Translations under genes and position numbers: made by a program | In this document: one piece after another, positions 1 to 7,539 of the stretch | How the letters are laid out: each line of letters opens with the position of its first letter | How positions within the stretch are numbered: position 1 is the stretch's first letter | Notes under the pieces: model-generated | The model's input: the letters and a program-made list of their open reading frames with translations, nothing else | Database searches by the model: none | What the model was told of the DNA's origin: nothing | Origin: Propionibacteriaceae bacterium | GTDB taxonomy: Bacteria > Actinomycetota > Actinomycetes > Propionibacteriales > Propionibacteriaceae | Direction: 5' to 3' | NCBI GenBank assembly: GCA_036261615.1 | Contig: DATAKK010000007.1 | Span: 41,399-65,398 of the forward strand | DNA: 24,000 bases

Positions 1-441
1 TCCGGCGGCTACACGTCCGGGCGGGCGGAGATCGTCGAGCTGCTCCGGCAGCGGTCGCGGCCCTACCTGTTCAGCAACTCGCTGGCGCCCGCCATCGCGG
101 GGGCCGCGCTGGAGACCCTGTCGCTGCTGGCGGCGTCCGGTGACCTGCGGGAGCGCCTCGCCGACAACACCGCGTTCTTCCGCGCCCGGCTGGCGGAGGA
201 GGGGTTCGACGTGCCCGAGTCGACCCACCCGATCGTGCCGGTGATGATCGGGGACGCCGTCACGGCCGCCCGGATGGCCGACGAGGTGGTCGCCCGGGGT
301 GTCTACGTGCGGGCGTTCAGCTTCCCGGTGGTGCCCCGGGGCAAGGCGCGGATCCGCACCCAGATGTCGGCCGCCCACACCCGTGCCGACCTCGAGGCCG
401 CGGTGAGCGCGTTCGTCGACGCGCGGGCGGCCGTCTCCTGA
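1..441 (+). CDS. kbl: glycine C-acetyltransferase (2-amino-3-ketobutyrate CoA ligase), C-terminal part; 5' end lies outside the window
   Basis: Frame 1 is open from base 1 to TGA at 439-441. The translation (PYLFSNSLAPAIAGAALETL ... HPIVPVMIGDAV ... FSFPVVPRGKARIRTQMSAAHT) closely parallels the C-terminus of E. coli Kbl, an alpha-oxoamine synthase of the PLP fold. Confidence 0.85.
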   Translation, partial: SGGYTSGRAEIVELLRQRSRPYLFSNSLAPAIAGAALETLSLLAASGDLRERLADNTAFFRARLAEEGFDVPESTHPIVPVMIGDAVTAARMADEVVARGVYVRAFSFPVVPRGKARIRTQMSAAHTRADLEAAVSAFVDARAAVS

Positions 442-474
442 GCGTCGGTGCGCGGCGGGACGGGTGGGTGCCGG

Positions 475-1134
475 TCAGCCGAACCTGCGCCACCGCCCCT
501 CCGAGACGACCTCGACCGTCCCGTCGACGACGGTGATCGCCGTCTGCTCGTCGATCGCGTAGGCGGGGCCGCCGAGATCGGCGGCCCACCGCTCGGCGTC
601 CGCCATCATGTTGCCGGGGAACGCGAACAGGTGCGGGAAGATCGAGAAGTCCACGACGCCCAGGCCGCGGTCGTCGGGGGCGGACGCCCATTCCACGAAG
701 TAGTCGCCGATCCGCGGCGTCATCACCATGCTCCCGGCGCTCATCCCCACCCACACGGTGTCGGGCAGTGACGACAGCAGGTCGGCCAACCCGGACTGCC
801 GCATCCAGTGGCACAGGTAGGTGGCCTCGCCACCGTCGACGAGGAGCACGTCCGCGTCCCGCACCCACGGCACCCACCGCTCCGCGCCGATGCTCGGCAG
901 GGCGGTGAGTTCGAGGACGCCGAGCGAGCCCCAGCCCAGACCCGAGAAGTGCCCCCAGCTCGGTCCGGCGGCGACGAAACCACGTACCGAGGTGGGGCCG
1001 CACTGCGGGTGGCCCCACTGCGCGGTCGGGACGCACAGCGCGCGGCACTCGGAGACCGGCTTGCCGAGCAGCCGCTCGAGCGCCGCGTGGAGGGTCGGGT
1101 TGGTGATCCCGCCCGAGGTGAGCATGAGCTTCAC
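475..1134 (-). CDS. peptidase E / S51 family dipeptidase-like protein
   Basis: 219-aa ORF beginning MKLMLTSGGI. It has a nucleophile-elbow motif (VWVGMSAGSMV) and a downstream FSIFPHL His motif, both typical of S51 (PepE-like) peptidases. Confidence 0.75.
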   Translation of the reverse strand: MKLMLTSGGITNPTLHAALERLLGKPVSECRALCVPTAQWGHPQCGPTSVRGFVAAGPSWGHFSGLGWGSLGVLELTALPSIGAERWVPWVRDADVLLVDGGEATYLCHWMRQSGLADLLSSLPDTVWVGMSAGSMVMTPRIGDYFVEWASAPDDRGLGVVDFSIFPHLFAFPGNMMADAERWAADLGGPAYAIDEQTAITVVDGTVEVVSEGRWRRFG

Positions 1135-1215
1135 GGTGACCTCCGGAACGTGCCGTCGACGGCTGTGTCGCGTTGTCGGCCATCCAACACGGCGGACGGT
1201 TCAGCCGGGAACGCG

Positions 1216-1254
1216 CGCGTCCCGCGTGGGGCGGGTGCCACCACGCGGGACGCG
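1216..1254 (-). terminator. perfect 14-bp GC-rich hairpin downstream of hsp20 (putative intrinsic terminator, no U-tract)
   Basis: CGCGTCCCGCGTGG (1216-1229) and CCACGCGGGACGCG (1241-1254) are exact reverse complements separated by an 11-nt loop. The hairpin lies about 40 nt after the hsp20 stop on the minus strand. Confidence 0.5.
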
Positions 1255-1292
1255 TGAGTCAGGGACCGGTCGGCGCGTTCGCCGCCGGGCGG

Positions 1293-1772
1293 TCAGGCGT
1301 GGGCCTCCGCCTGCTGCTCCTCGACCTGGCCCGGGACGACGTCGCCGCCGCCCACGGCCTTCGAGCCGTTGCCGTTGCCGCGCTGCACCTGCACCTTGCG
1401 GGGCTTGGCCTCCTCGGCCACCGGGATGGTGAGGGTGAGCACGCCGTCGGAGTAGTTGGCGTCGATCCTGTCGAGCGCGAGCCCGCGGCCGACGGTGATC
1501 TGCCGTGCGTAGGTGCCGTAGCTGCGCTCGCGGGTCACCCAGCCACCGCTCTCCTTGGTGGAGCTGGACTTGCGCTCGGCGCGGATCGTGATCGTGCGGT
1601 CGTCGATGTCGATGTCGATCGACTCCGGGTCGACGCCCGGCAGGTCGATCTCGGCGACGTAGTCGTCGCCGGACTTGTAGAGGTCCATCGGCATGGCCAG
1701 GCTGCGGGGTCCGTTGCTGAAGGCCTGGTTCACCAGGGTCTGCAGTTCCTTGAACGGGTCGTAGGTGGGCAT
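1293..1772 (-). CDS. Hsp20/alpha-crystallin family small heat-shock protein
   Basis: The ORF 1293-1823 contains an internal ATG at 1770-1772, preceded by GAGGAG 5 nt upstream. The product starts MPTYDPFKEL and carries an alpha-crystallin core (DLYKSGDDYVAEIDLPGVDPESIDIDIDDRTITIRAER ... GVLTLTIPV). The 17 upstream codons from GTG 1823 have no SD sequence and look non-coding. Confidence 0.9.
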   Translation of the reverse strand: MPTYDPFKELQTLVNQAFSNGPRSLAMPMDLYKSGDDYVAEIDLPGVDPESIDIDIDDRTITIRAERKSSSTKESGGWVTRERSYGTYARQITVGRGLALDRIDANYSDGVLTLTIPVAEEAKPRKVQVQRGNGNGSKAVGGGDVVPGQVEEQQAEAHA

Positions 1773-1871
1773 GTGCACTCCTCGATGAAAGTGACGTGAT
1801 GGGTTGTGGGTGAACCCGGTCACCCGGGTCTCGGCAGGCGTAACGCACTGCCACGCACCCAGTATTCCAGG

Positions 1872-1892
1872 GTTGAGCGGCCTCGGCTCAAC
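1872..1892. promoter_or_regulatory. HAIR-like inverted repeat (putative HspR operator) upstream of hsp20
   Basis: GTTGAGC-N7-GCTCAAC is a perfect 7-bp inverted repeat matching the TTGAG-N9-CTCAA core of the HspR-associated inverted repeat (consensus CTTGAGT-N7-ACTCAAG). It lies about 100 nt upstream of the hsp20 start. On the minus strand its TTGAGC arm is followed about 18-19 nt later by AATACT, a -35/-10-like pair. Confidence 0.55.
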
Positions 1893-1946
1893 TTTCGCCG
1901 AAGCCGTTCCGTCCGTCTCTGCACCGGAGGCGACTAGGGTGTCGCA

Positions 1947-2735
1947 ATGACCACTTCAGCGGGCGGAGCCGGCGGAGAACCCCGCCTCGATCCGTTCACC
2001 GCGCGACCCGACGGCGACCCGCCTCCCGAGGTGCTCGCGGAGGAGGCCGGCCAGCGCGAGTGGTGGGAGGACCCCTCGCTGCCCTGGAAGCACCGTCCCG
2101 GCCGTTCCGACATCGCGTGCCTGGGCTGGGTCGGCTTCATGGGCGTGTTCGGCCTGGCCATGCTGCCCCTGCGCTCGTGGCTGCTCGGGCTCGACCCGTG
2201 GCTGCTCGTGAGCCTCACCGGCTCCCGGACGGGCGCCGCGGCGCTCGGGGCCATCGAGCGGGTGGGCGCCGATCGTCCGTGGCTGCTGGCGCTGGCGTTC
2301 GGCGTCCTCATGAGCATCAAGTTCGACTGGGTCTTCTGGTGGGCCGGGAAGCTGTGGGGCCGGGGGATGATCGAGGTCTGGGCGGGCCAGTCGCCCCGCG
2401 CCGCCCGACAGTACGAGCGGGCGGAGCGGTGGGCGCGCCGGTTCGGCTGGCTCGGCATGTTCATCGCCTACATCCCGATCCCGCTGCCGCTCATGCAGGT
2501 GATCTTCGTGCTCGCCGGCGCCCAGGGGTGGAGCCTCAAGCGGTTCCTCGGCCTCGACGCCCTGGCCAGCCTGGTGTGGCTGCTGTTCTACGTCGGCTTC
2601 GGGTGGGTCGTCGGCGAGCCCGCCGTCGTCCTGCTGCGCGCCTACGCCAAGGTCGCGTCGTACGTGGCGATCGTCGTGCTCGTGGTCGTGGTGGGCTCGA
2701 TCATCGCCCGCAACCGGCGCCAGGCCCGGGCCTGA
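1947..2735 (+). CDS. DedA/VTT-domain (SNARE-associated) family integral membrane protein with a roughly 55-aa cytoplasmic N-terminal extension
   Basis: 262-aa ORF from ATG 1947. It has multiple hydrophobic segments (GWVGFMGVFGLAMLPL, WLLALAFGVLMSI, WLGMFIAYIPIPLPLMQVIFVLAG, LVWLLFYVGFGWVV, VAIVVLVVVVGSII) and a WAGKLWGRG / RRFGW arrangement resembling the VTT/DedA fold. Coding-like third-position GC. Confidence 0.65.
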   Translation: MTTSAGGAGGEPRLDPFTARPDGDPPPEVLAEEAGQREWWEDPSLPWKHRPGRSDIACLGWVGFMGVFGLAMLPLRSWLLGLDPWLLVSLTGSRTGAAALGAIERVGADRPWLLALAFGVLMSIKFDWVFWWAGKLWGRGMIEVWAGQSPRAARQYERAERWARRFGWLGMFIAYIPIPLPLMQVIFVLAGAQGWSLKRFLGLDALASLVWLLFYVGFGWVVGEPAVVLLRAYAKVASYVAIVVLVVVVGSIIARNRRQARA

Positions 2736-2804
2736 GGGCGCCGGCGACCCGGCCCGAACGGGTCGTTCGCCCACCTCGGCAGGGACCCGGAACGGGACCC
2801 CCGT

Positions 2805-2877
2805 CTGCGAAATTTCCCCCACCTGCCGTGCCTTGCCGTCTCCGGGAGGCGTGTGGCAGGTGGTGCAGATTTCGCAG
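2805..2877. terminator. 73-nt imperfect composite inverted repeat between convergent genes (putative bidirectional terminator or structured RNA)
   Basis: CTGCGAAAT (2805-2813) pairs with ATTTCGCAG (2869-2877), and CCACCTGCC (2819-2827) pairs with GGCAGGTGG (2855-2863). The two 9-bp stems are separated by 5-nt internal loops and enclose a 27-nt apical region. The repeat is locally AT-richer than its surroundings. Confidence 0.4.
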
Positions 2878-2889
2878 AGCAGGGCACCG

Positions 2890-3435
2890 CTACTCGCGGG
2901 TCGCCGCCCCGAGCGCGGCCTGGTACCCCTCCTCGGCGGCCCGCCCGAACGCCACCAGCAGCACCCGTTCGACCCGGGTGATCGCCGCGAGGATGGTCTC
3001 GACGGCGATCGTCGTCGCCTCGCGCATCGGATAGCCGTAGACGCCCGCGCTGATCGTCGGGAAGGCGATGCCGCTCGCGCCGAGGTCGTCGGCGACCGCG
3101 AGCGACGACCGGTAGCAGGACGCCAGCAGCTCGGCGTCCCGTGGCCTGCCTGAGTAGACGGGTCCGACGGTGTGGATCACCCAGCGGGCCGGCAGCCGGC
3201 CCCCCGTGGTGGCGACCGCCTCGCCGACGGGGAGCCCGCCGGGATACAGCTCCCGCCGCACCTGGCGGCACGCCGCGAGGATGTCCGGGCCGCCTGCCCG
3301 GTGGATCGCCCCGTCGACCCCGCCGCCCCCGAGCAGCGTGGAGTTGGCGGCGTTGACCACCGCGTCCACCTGCAGGGTGGTGATGTCGGCACGGACGATG
3401 TCGATGACCGGCGGTTGCGAACCCATGCGCCCCAT
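2890..3435 (-). CDS. macro-domain protein (MacroD/YmdB-type O-acetyl-ADP-ribose deacetylase / ADP-ribosylhydrolase)
   Basis: The chosen start is ATG 3433-3435, preceded by GGGAGGG 4-5 nt upstream. The product starts MGRMGSQPPVIDIVRADITTLQVDAVVNAANSTLLGGGGVDGAIHRAGG, and later has IAFPTISAGVYGYP, the canonical macro-domain motifs. The upstream 85 codons of ORF 2890-3690 overlap the divergent gene and look non-coding. Confidence 0.9.
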   Translation of the reverse strand: MGRMGSQPPVIDIVRADITTLQVDAVVNAANSTLLGGGGVDGAIHRAGGPDILAACRQVRRELYPGGLPVGEAVATTGGRLPARWVIHTVGPVYSGRPRDAELLASCYRSSLAVADDLGASGIAFPTISAGVYGYPMREATTIAVETILAAITRVERVLLVAFGRAAEEGYQAALGAATRE

Positions 3436-3481
3436 TGTCCCTCCCTGCCGTAGCCGCCCCCCGGACGCTAGAGTCCCCTCC

Positions 3482-4930
3482 ATGCCGCACATCGGCCACA
3501 CCGTGCTCGCGACGGCGGAGAGTTCCGTGTTCGACTCGGTGCGCAAGCCCAGCACCACCCGCGAGCAGCGGCGCAGGCTCGGACGCAGCCTGCGCAAGCT
3601 GGTGCCCCGCTCGGCCCTCGGCGAGTGGCGGGTGGAGAGCGGCCGCAGCCTGCCGGTCGACCTCATCCGGCAGTCGCACGAGGGACGCATCGACGAGCTC
3701 GTCCCCGTGCGGGTCGCCCGGATGGCCGGTTCGCCCTACGGGTTCCTCCGCGGGTCCGCGGTGGTGATGGCCCACGACGTGGCCCACCTGCCCGCCACCG
3801 GCATCATGCCGGTGATCTGCGGCGATGCCCACCTCGGCAACTTCGGGTTCTACCGCTCCCCGGAGGGCACCCAGGTCATCGACCTCAACGACTTCGACGA
3901 GGCGCATCCCGGCGCGTGGGAGTGGGACCTGCGCCGGCTCACCGCGGCGGTGATGGTGGCCGGACGCGAGAACGGCTACAGCGACGACCACGGGGCCGAC
4001 GCCGTGCGCTCGTGCGTGGCCGCCTACCGCGACGAGGTGCGCCATCTGGCGTCCCAGCCGCTGCTGGCCCGCTCGTTCAACCGGCTCGACGTCGACTCCC
4101 TGCGCGACCGGGCGTCCGACCGGACACTGCGGGCCGAGATCGAGCGCGCGGCCACCGCCGCCCGCCGGCGCACGAGCGACCGGGCGCTGCCCCGATTCAC
4201 CGAGGAGGTCGAGGGCGGACGCCGCATCGTCGAGGACCCGCCGCTCATCACCCGGGTGAGCGACGACGACCGCGAGCGGATCGCGGTGGGTCTCGACGAC
4301 TACCTGTGGTCGCTGGCCCCGCACTGGCGCCGGGTGGTCGGCGGGTACACGCTCGTCGACATCGCGCACAAGGTCGTCGGCGTCGGGTCGGTGGGGCTGC
4401 GCGCCTACGTCGCCCTGCTCGAGGGCAGCAGTCCCGACGATGTGCTCTTCCTGCAGCTCAAACAGGCCCGGCGCTCGGTGCTCGCCCCCTACGTGCACGG
4501 CGCCACCGCGCTGCACCGGCACCAGGGGCAGCGGGTGGCCGAGTATCAGCAGGCGCTGCAGACGGTGAGCGACCCGTTGCTCGGCTTCACCCGGATCGAC
4601 GGCCGCGACTACTACGTGCGCCAGTTCCGCAACATGAAGGGCACGGTCCCGCTCGACGCGATCGGCCCGCGCGCCCTGTCCGACTACGCCGGAATCGTCG
4701 GCCACCTGCTCGGCAAGGGGCACGCCCGCACCGCCGGCGCGTCGATGATCGCCGGCTATCTGGGACGCAGCGACGCCGCGCTCGACGCGTTCGCCGGCTT
4801 CGCCCGGGCCTACGCCGACCAGAACGAGGCCGATCACGCCCAGCTGGTCAACGCCGTGCGGGCCGGCGTCCTGCCGATCGCGGAGGGCGCCGCCGCGAGC
4901 GTCGGCAGCTCGTTCCGACCGGGTGGCTGA
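3482..4930 (+). CDS. DUF2252 family protein (kinase-like motifs; function unknown)
   Basis: ATG 3482 within ORF 3170-4930. The product of 482 aa starts MPHIGHTVLA and contains SPYGFLRGSA, VICGDAHLGNFGFY, VIDLNDFDEA and YVRQFRNMKG, which I recognise as DUF2252 hallmarks. There is no SD sequence. TAGAGT at 3469-3474 lies 7 nt before the ATG, suggesting a leaderless mRNA. Confidence 0.8.
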   Translation: MPHIGHTVLATAESSVFDSVRKPSTTREQRRRLGRSLRKLVPRSALGEWRVESGRSLPVDLIRQSHEGRIDELVPVRVARMAGSPYGFLRGSAVVMAHDVAHLPATGIMPVICGDAHLGNFGFYRSPEGTQVIDLNDFDEAHPGAWEWDLRRLTAAVMVAGRENGYSDDHGADAVRSCVAAYRDEVRHLASQPLLARSFNRLDVDSLRDRASDRTLRAEIERAATAARRRTSDRALPRFTEEVEGGRRIVEDPPLITRVSDDDRERIAVGLDDYLWSLAPHWRRVVGGYTLVDIAHKVVGVGSVGLRAYVALLEGSSPDDVLFLQLKQARRSVLAPYVHGATALHRHQGQRVAEYQQALQTVSDPLLGFTRIDGRDYYVRQFRNMKGTVPLDAIGPRALSDYAGIVGHLLGKGHARTAGASMIAGYLGRSDAALDAFAGFARAYADQNEADHAQLVNAVRAGVLPIAEGAAASVGSSFRPGG

Positions 4931-4998
4931 GCCGCACCGCGCGATGGAAGACTGCCCGCGAGGGCGCGACGTGCCCGACGTGGCGGCGAGGAGGGACG

Positions 4999-5703
4999 AT
5001 GGCGGGTCGACGGGCGATCGCGGTGGTGCTCGCGGGGGGCACCGGCGTGCGGATGGGCGCCGCGCTGCCCAAGCAGCTGCTGCCCCTGGCCGGCCGGACG
5101 GTGCTCGAGCACAGCATCGCCGCGTTCGACACGTCCCCGCTCATCGACGATGTCGTCGTGCTCATGCACCCCGACTTCCTCGCGGAGGCCCGGGCTGTGG
5201 CGGCGTCCTTCGCGAAGGTGCGCGCGGTCGTCGCCGGCGGCCGGACCAGGAACGAGTCGACCCAGGCGGCGCTCGACGCGCTGGCCGGGCTGGCCGCCGC
5301 CGACGACAAGGTGCTGTTCCACGACGCCGTGCGCCCGCTCGTGGACGCCGCGACCATCCAGCGGTGCGTCGCCGCCCTCGACGCCCACGACGCCGTCTAC
5401 GTGGCCATCCCGACGATCGACACGATCATCGAGAGCGAGGGCGGCCGGCTGGTGGCGGTGCCCGACCGGCGCCGGCTGCACCGCGGCCAGACCCCGCAGG
5501 GCTTCCGGCTGGGGACCATCCGCGACGCCTACGCGACCGCCTGGCGCGACCCGGGGTTCGAGGCGACCGACGACTGTTCGGTCGTGCTGCGCTACGCCCC
5601 GGACGTGCCGGTGCACCTCGTCGAGGGGTCGCCGCACAACCTCAAGATCACCGAACCGGTCGACCTCGTGATCGCCGAGGCGCTGCTGGCCCGGGACCAC
5701 TGA
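4999..5703 (+). CDS. IspD/TarI family cytidylyltransferase (2-C-methyl-D-erythritol-4-P / ribitol-5-P cytidylyltransferase-like)
   Basis: ATG 4999 is preceded by GAGGAGGGA. The product of 234 aa starts MAGRRAIAVVLAGGTGVRMGAALPKQLLPLAG (nucleotidyltransferase signature) and also has VLFHDAVRPL and QTPQGF motifs typical of IspD/TarI. No ispF is adjacent, and the gene sits next to the TagGH-type exporter. Confidence 0.8.
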   Translation: MAGRRAIAVVLAGGTGVRMGAALPKQLLPLAGRTVLEHSIAAFDTSPLIDDVVVLMHPDFLAEARAVAASFAKVRAVVAGGRTRNESTQAALDALAGLAAADDKVLFHDAVRPLVDAATIQRCVAALDAHDAVYVAIPTIDTIIESEGGRLVAVPDRRRLHRGQTPQGFRLGTIRDAYATAWRDPGFEATDDCSVVLRYAPDVPVHLVEGSPHNLKITEPVDLVIAEALLARDH

Positions 5704-5721
5704 GGTCCCGGGCCGCGCGGC

Positions 5722-6495
5722 TCACTTCTTCGACGCCTCGTAGGCGTCGACCACCTCGTCGGTGGGCCCGTCCATGACGATGAGGCCCTTGTCGACCCAG
5801 ATCGTCCGGCTGCAGGTCTCGCGGATCGACTTCATCGCGTGGGACACGAGGAAGATCGTGCCGGCGTGCGAGGCGATCTCACGGATGCGCTCCTCCGAGC
5901 GCTCCTGGAACCGCTTGTCACCGACGGACAGGGCCTCGTCGATGATGAGGATGTCGTGCGCGCGCGCCGCGGCGATCGCGAACTTCAGCCGGGCCGCCAT
6001 GCCGGAGGAGTACGTGCGCATCGGGAGGTCGATCGACTCCTCGAGCTCGGCGAAGGCGACGATGTCGTCGCGCATCTCGCGCACCTCCGCCGGCGTGAAG
6101 CCCATGGCCAGGCCGCCGAGGACGATGTTGCGCTCACCCGACAGCTCGGGGAGCAGCGCCGCGGCGGTGGCCACGCCGAGCATGTTGGGCCGCGACCGCG
6201 CGTACACCGCGCCCGTCTCGGGCGGCGTGAGGCCGACGAGGGCACGCATGAGGGTCGACTTGCCCGACCCGTTGGGGCCGATGACACCGATCGACTCGTT
6301 CTCGTGCGCGACGAACGAGACGCCGCGCAACGCGTGCACCTCGCGGATGCCGCGGGCGACCTTGAGCAGGCCGCTGCGGGTGTTGCCCGCGGCCTTCCCG
6401 GTCGCGAAGACGCGGTAGGTGACGTGGAGGTTCTCCACCGCCACCACCGGCTCGCCCCGTTCGCCGAGGCGCTTGTATTCCTCAATCACGGCCAT
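5722..6495 (-). CDS. ABC transporter ATP-binding protein, polysaccharide/teichoic-acid export type (TagH/Wzt-like, no C-terminal extension)
   Basis: 257-aa ORF with Walker A (GPNGSGKST), the signature YSSGMAARL, Walker B (ILIIDEALSVGD) and an H-loop (FLVSHA). Its N-terminal region is typical of COG1134 ATPases. It overlaps the upstream permease gene by 14 nt. Confidence 0.85.
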   Translation of the reverse strand: MAVIEEYKRLGERGEPVVAVENLHVTYRVFATGKAAGNTRSGLLKVARGIREVHALRGVSFVAHENESIGVIGPNGSGKSTLMRALVGLTPPETGAVYARSRPNMLGVATAAALLPELSGERNIVLGGLAMGFTPAEVREMRDDIVAFAELEESIDLPMRTYSSGMAARLKFAIAAARAHDILIIDEALSVGDKRFQERSEERIREIASHAGTIFLVSHAMKSIRETCSRTIWVDKGLIVMDGPTDEVVDAYEASKK

Positions 6496-7336
6496 AACGC
6501 TCCTCAGCGGACCAGAAGAACAGGACGCCCACGACCAGCGTGACGACCGCGGCGATGGACAGGTACAGCCAGAACTGGACCGGGAAGCTCGTCCCCTTGT
6601 CGTTGGTGAGGAAGTGGCGGGCCATCTTCAGCACCTGGTACATGGGGTACGCGTCGTACAGCTTGATGATCGTCGGGTGGCCCTTCATCACGGCGTCGAC
6701 GCTGAACAGCACGCCCGAGGCGTAGAACAGGATGCGCGAGACGTAGGGGAGCAACTCGGCGAGGTCGGTGACGTGCACGGTGAGCCGGGCGAGGATCATC
6801 GTCACGCCCGCGTTGAACACCGCGTAGAGCGCGAACAGCGGGATGCACCACAGCCACCGCCAGGTGGGGTAGTGGTGGAAGAGGATGAGGATCGGCACGA
6901 GGACGACGAGGGTGATGAGGAACGAGTAGAGCCGTTCCGCCCACACCGCGAGTGGCAGGGTCATCCGCGGGAACGCGAGCGACTGCACCATGTTGCGGCT
7001 GTTGGTCACCGACCGTGACCCGTCGACGAAGCAGCCCATGAAGAACTCCCACGCGAACACGCCGACGACGACGTAGACGGGATAGTCCTTGGGCCGGGTG
7101 GCGCCGGTCTGGATGACCCCGAAGATGAGGCCGTAGACGGCGGCGTTGACGAGGGGACGCAGCGCGATCCACACGATGCCGAGGCGGTTGGCCTCGTACT
7201 TGGCCCGCATGCGGTAGGTCGCGAGGGTCGTGATGAACGCCCGGCGGCGCCAGACTTCCGCGAGATAGCTGAACAAGGGAGGTCGGGCACCTACGCGACG
7301 TAGGTGCGTGGCCTCCGCCAGTTGAGTCACTGACAT
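6482..7336 (-). CDS. ABC-2 type transporter permease, polysaccharide/teichoic-acid export type (TagG/Wzm-like)
   Basis: 284-aa ORF from ATG 7334-7336, with GAGAGGA upstream. It has six hydrophobic segments, and its N-terminal segment (YLAEVWRRRAFITTLATYRMRAKYEANRLGIVW) is typical of Wzm/TagG permeases. It is translationally coupled to the ATPase gene. Confidence 0.85.
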   Translation of the reverse strand: MSVTQLAEATHLRRVGARPPLFSYLAEVWRRRAFITTLATYRMRAKYEANRLGIVWIALRPLVNAAVYGLIFGVIQTGATRPKDYPVYVVVGVFAWEFFMGCFVDGSRSVTNSRNMVQSLAFPRMTLPLAVWAERLYSFLITLVVLVPILILFHHYPTWRWLWCIPLFALYAVFNAGVTMILARLTVHVTDLAELLPYVSRILFYASGVLFSVDAVMKGHPTIIKLYDAYPMYQVLKMARHFLTNDKGTSFPVQFWLYLSIAAVVTLVVGVLFFWSAEERYGRD

Positions 7337-7539
7337 GTGGCAGGAAATCCTCTCAGCGGCCTCCGGGTGGTCGCCGCAGTCGGAAAGCTTAGACCCTCAT
7401 TCTCGGTGGCTCCGGCTGGGGTTTGCCGACTTCGAGAAACCCCGGGTCGCACCCCGCACGGGTGGACCCCCACGGCCACGGGGCGGGTCGGCGTCCTCGA
7501 GCGGCCAGCGGTCGCGTCGGGATCGCCGGCCGCCCAGAG

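Noticed and set aside
2642-4837. 731-aa ORF on the minus strand spanning the macrodomain and DUF2252 loci
   Set aside because: It is antisense to, or out of frame with, two well-supported genes. The translation is Arg/Gly/Pro/Ala-rich low-complexity sequence, typical of spurious long ORFs in high-GC DNA, and has no recognisable motifs.
3625-4998. N-terminal extension of the IspD-like ORF (692-aa ORF 3625-5703), and similarly 17507-18271 for the second permease and 18226-19176 for cutC
   Set aside because: The extensions overlap better-supported genes in other frames, are Arg/Pro/Gly-rich, and are followed by internal start codons. Those of the IspD-like and second-permease genes have clear SD sequences, and all three coincide with the family-typical N-termini.
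7418-7443. GGGGTTT-N12-AAACCCC hairpin and neighbouring GC hairpins between tRNA-Thr and the TagG-like gene, considered as an sRNA (for example 6C-like)
   Set aside because: The stems are short (5-7 bp), of a kind that arises frequently by chance at this GC content. There are no C-rich loop pairs characteristic of 6C RNA. It is probably just a tRNA or operon terminator region or promoter spacer.
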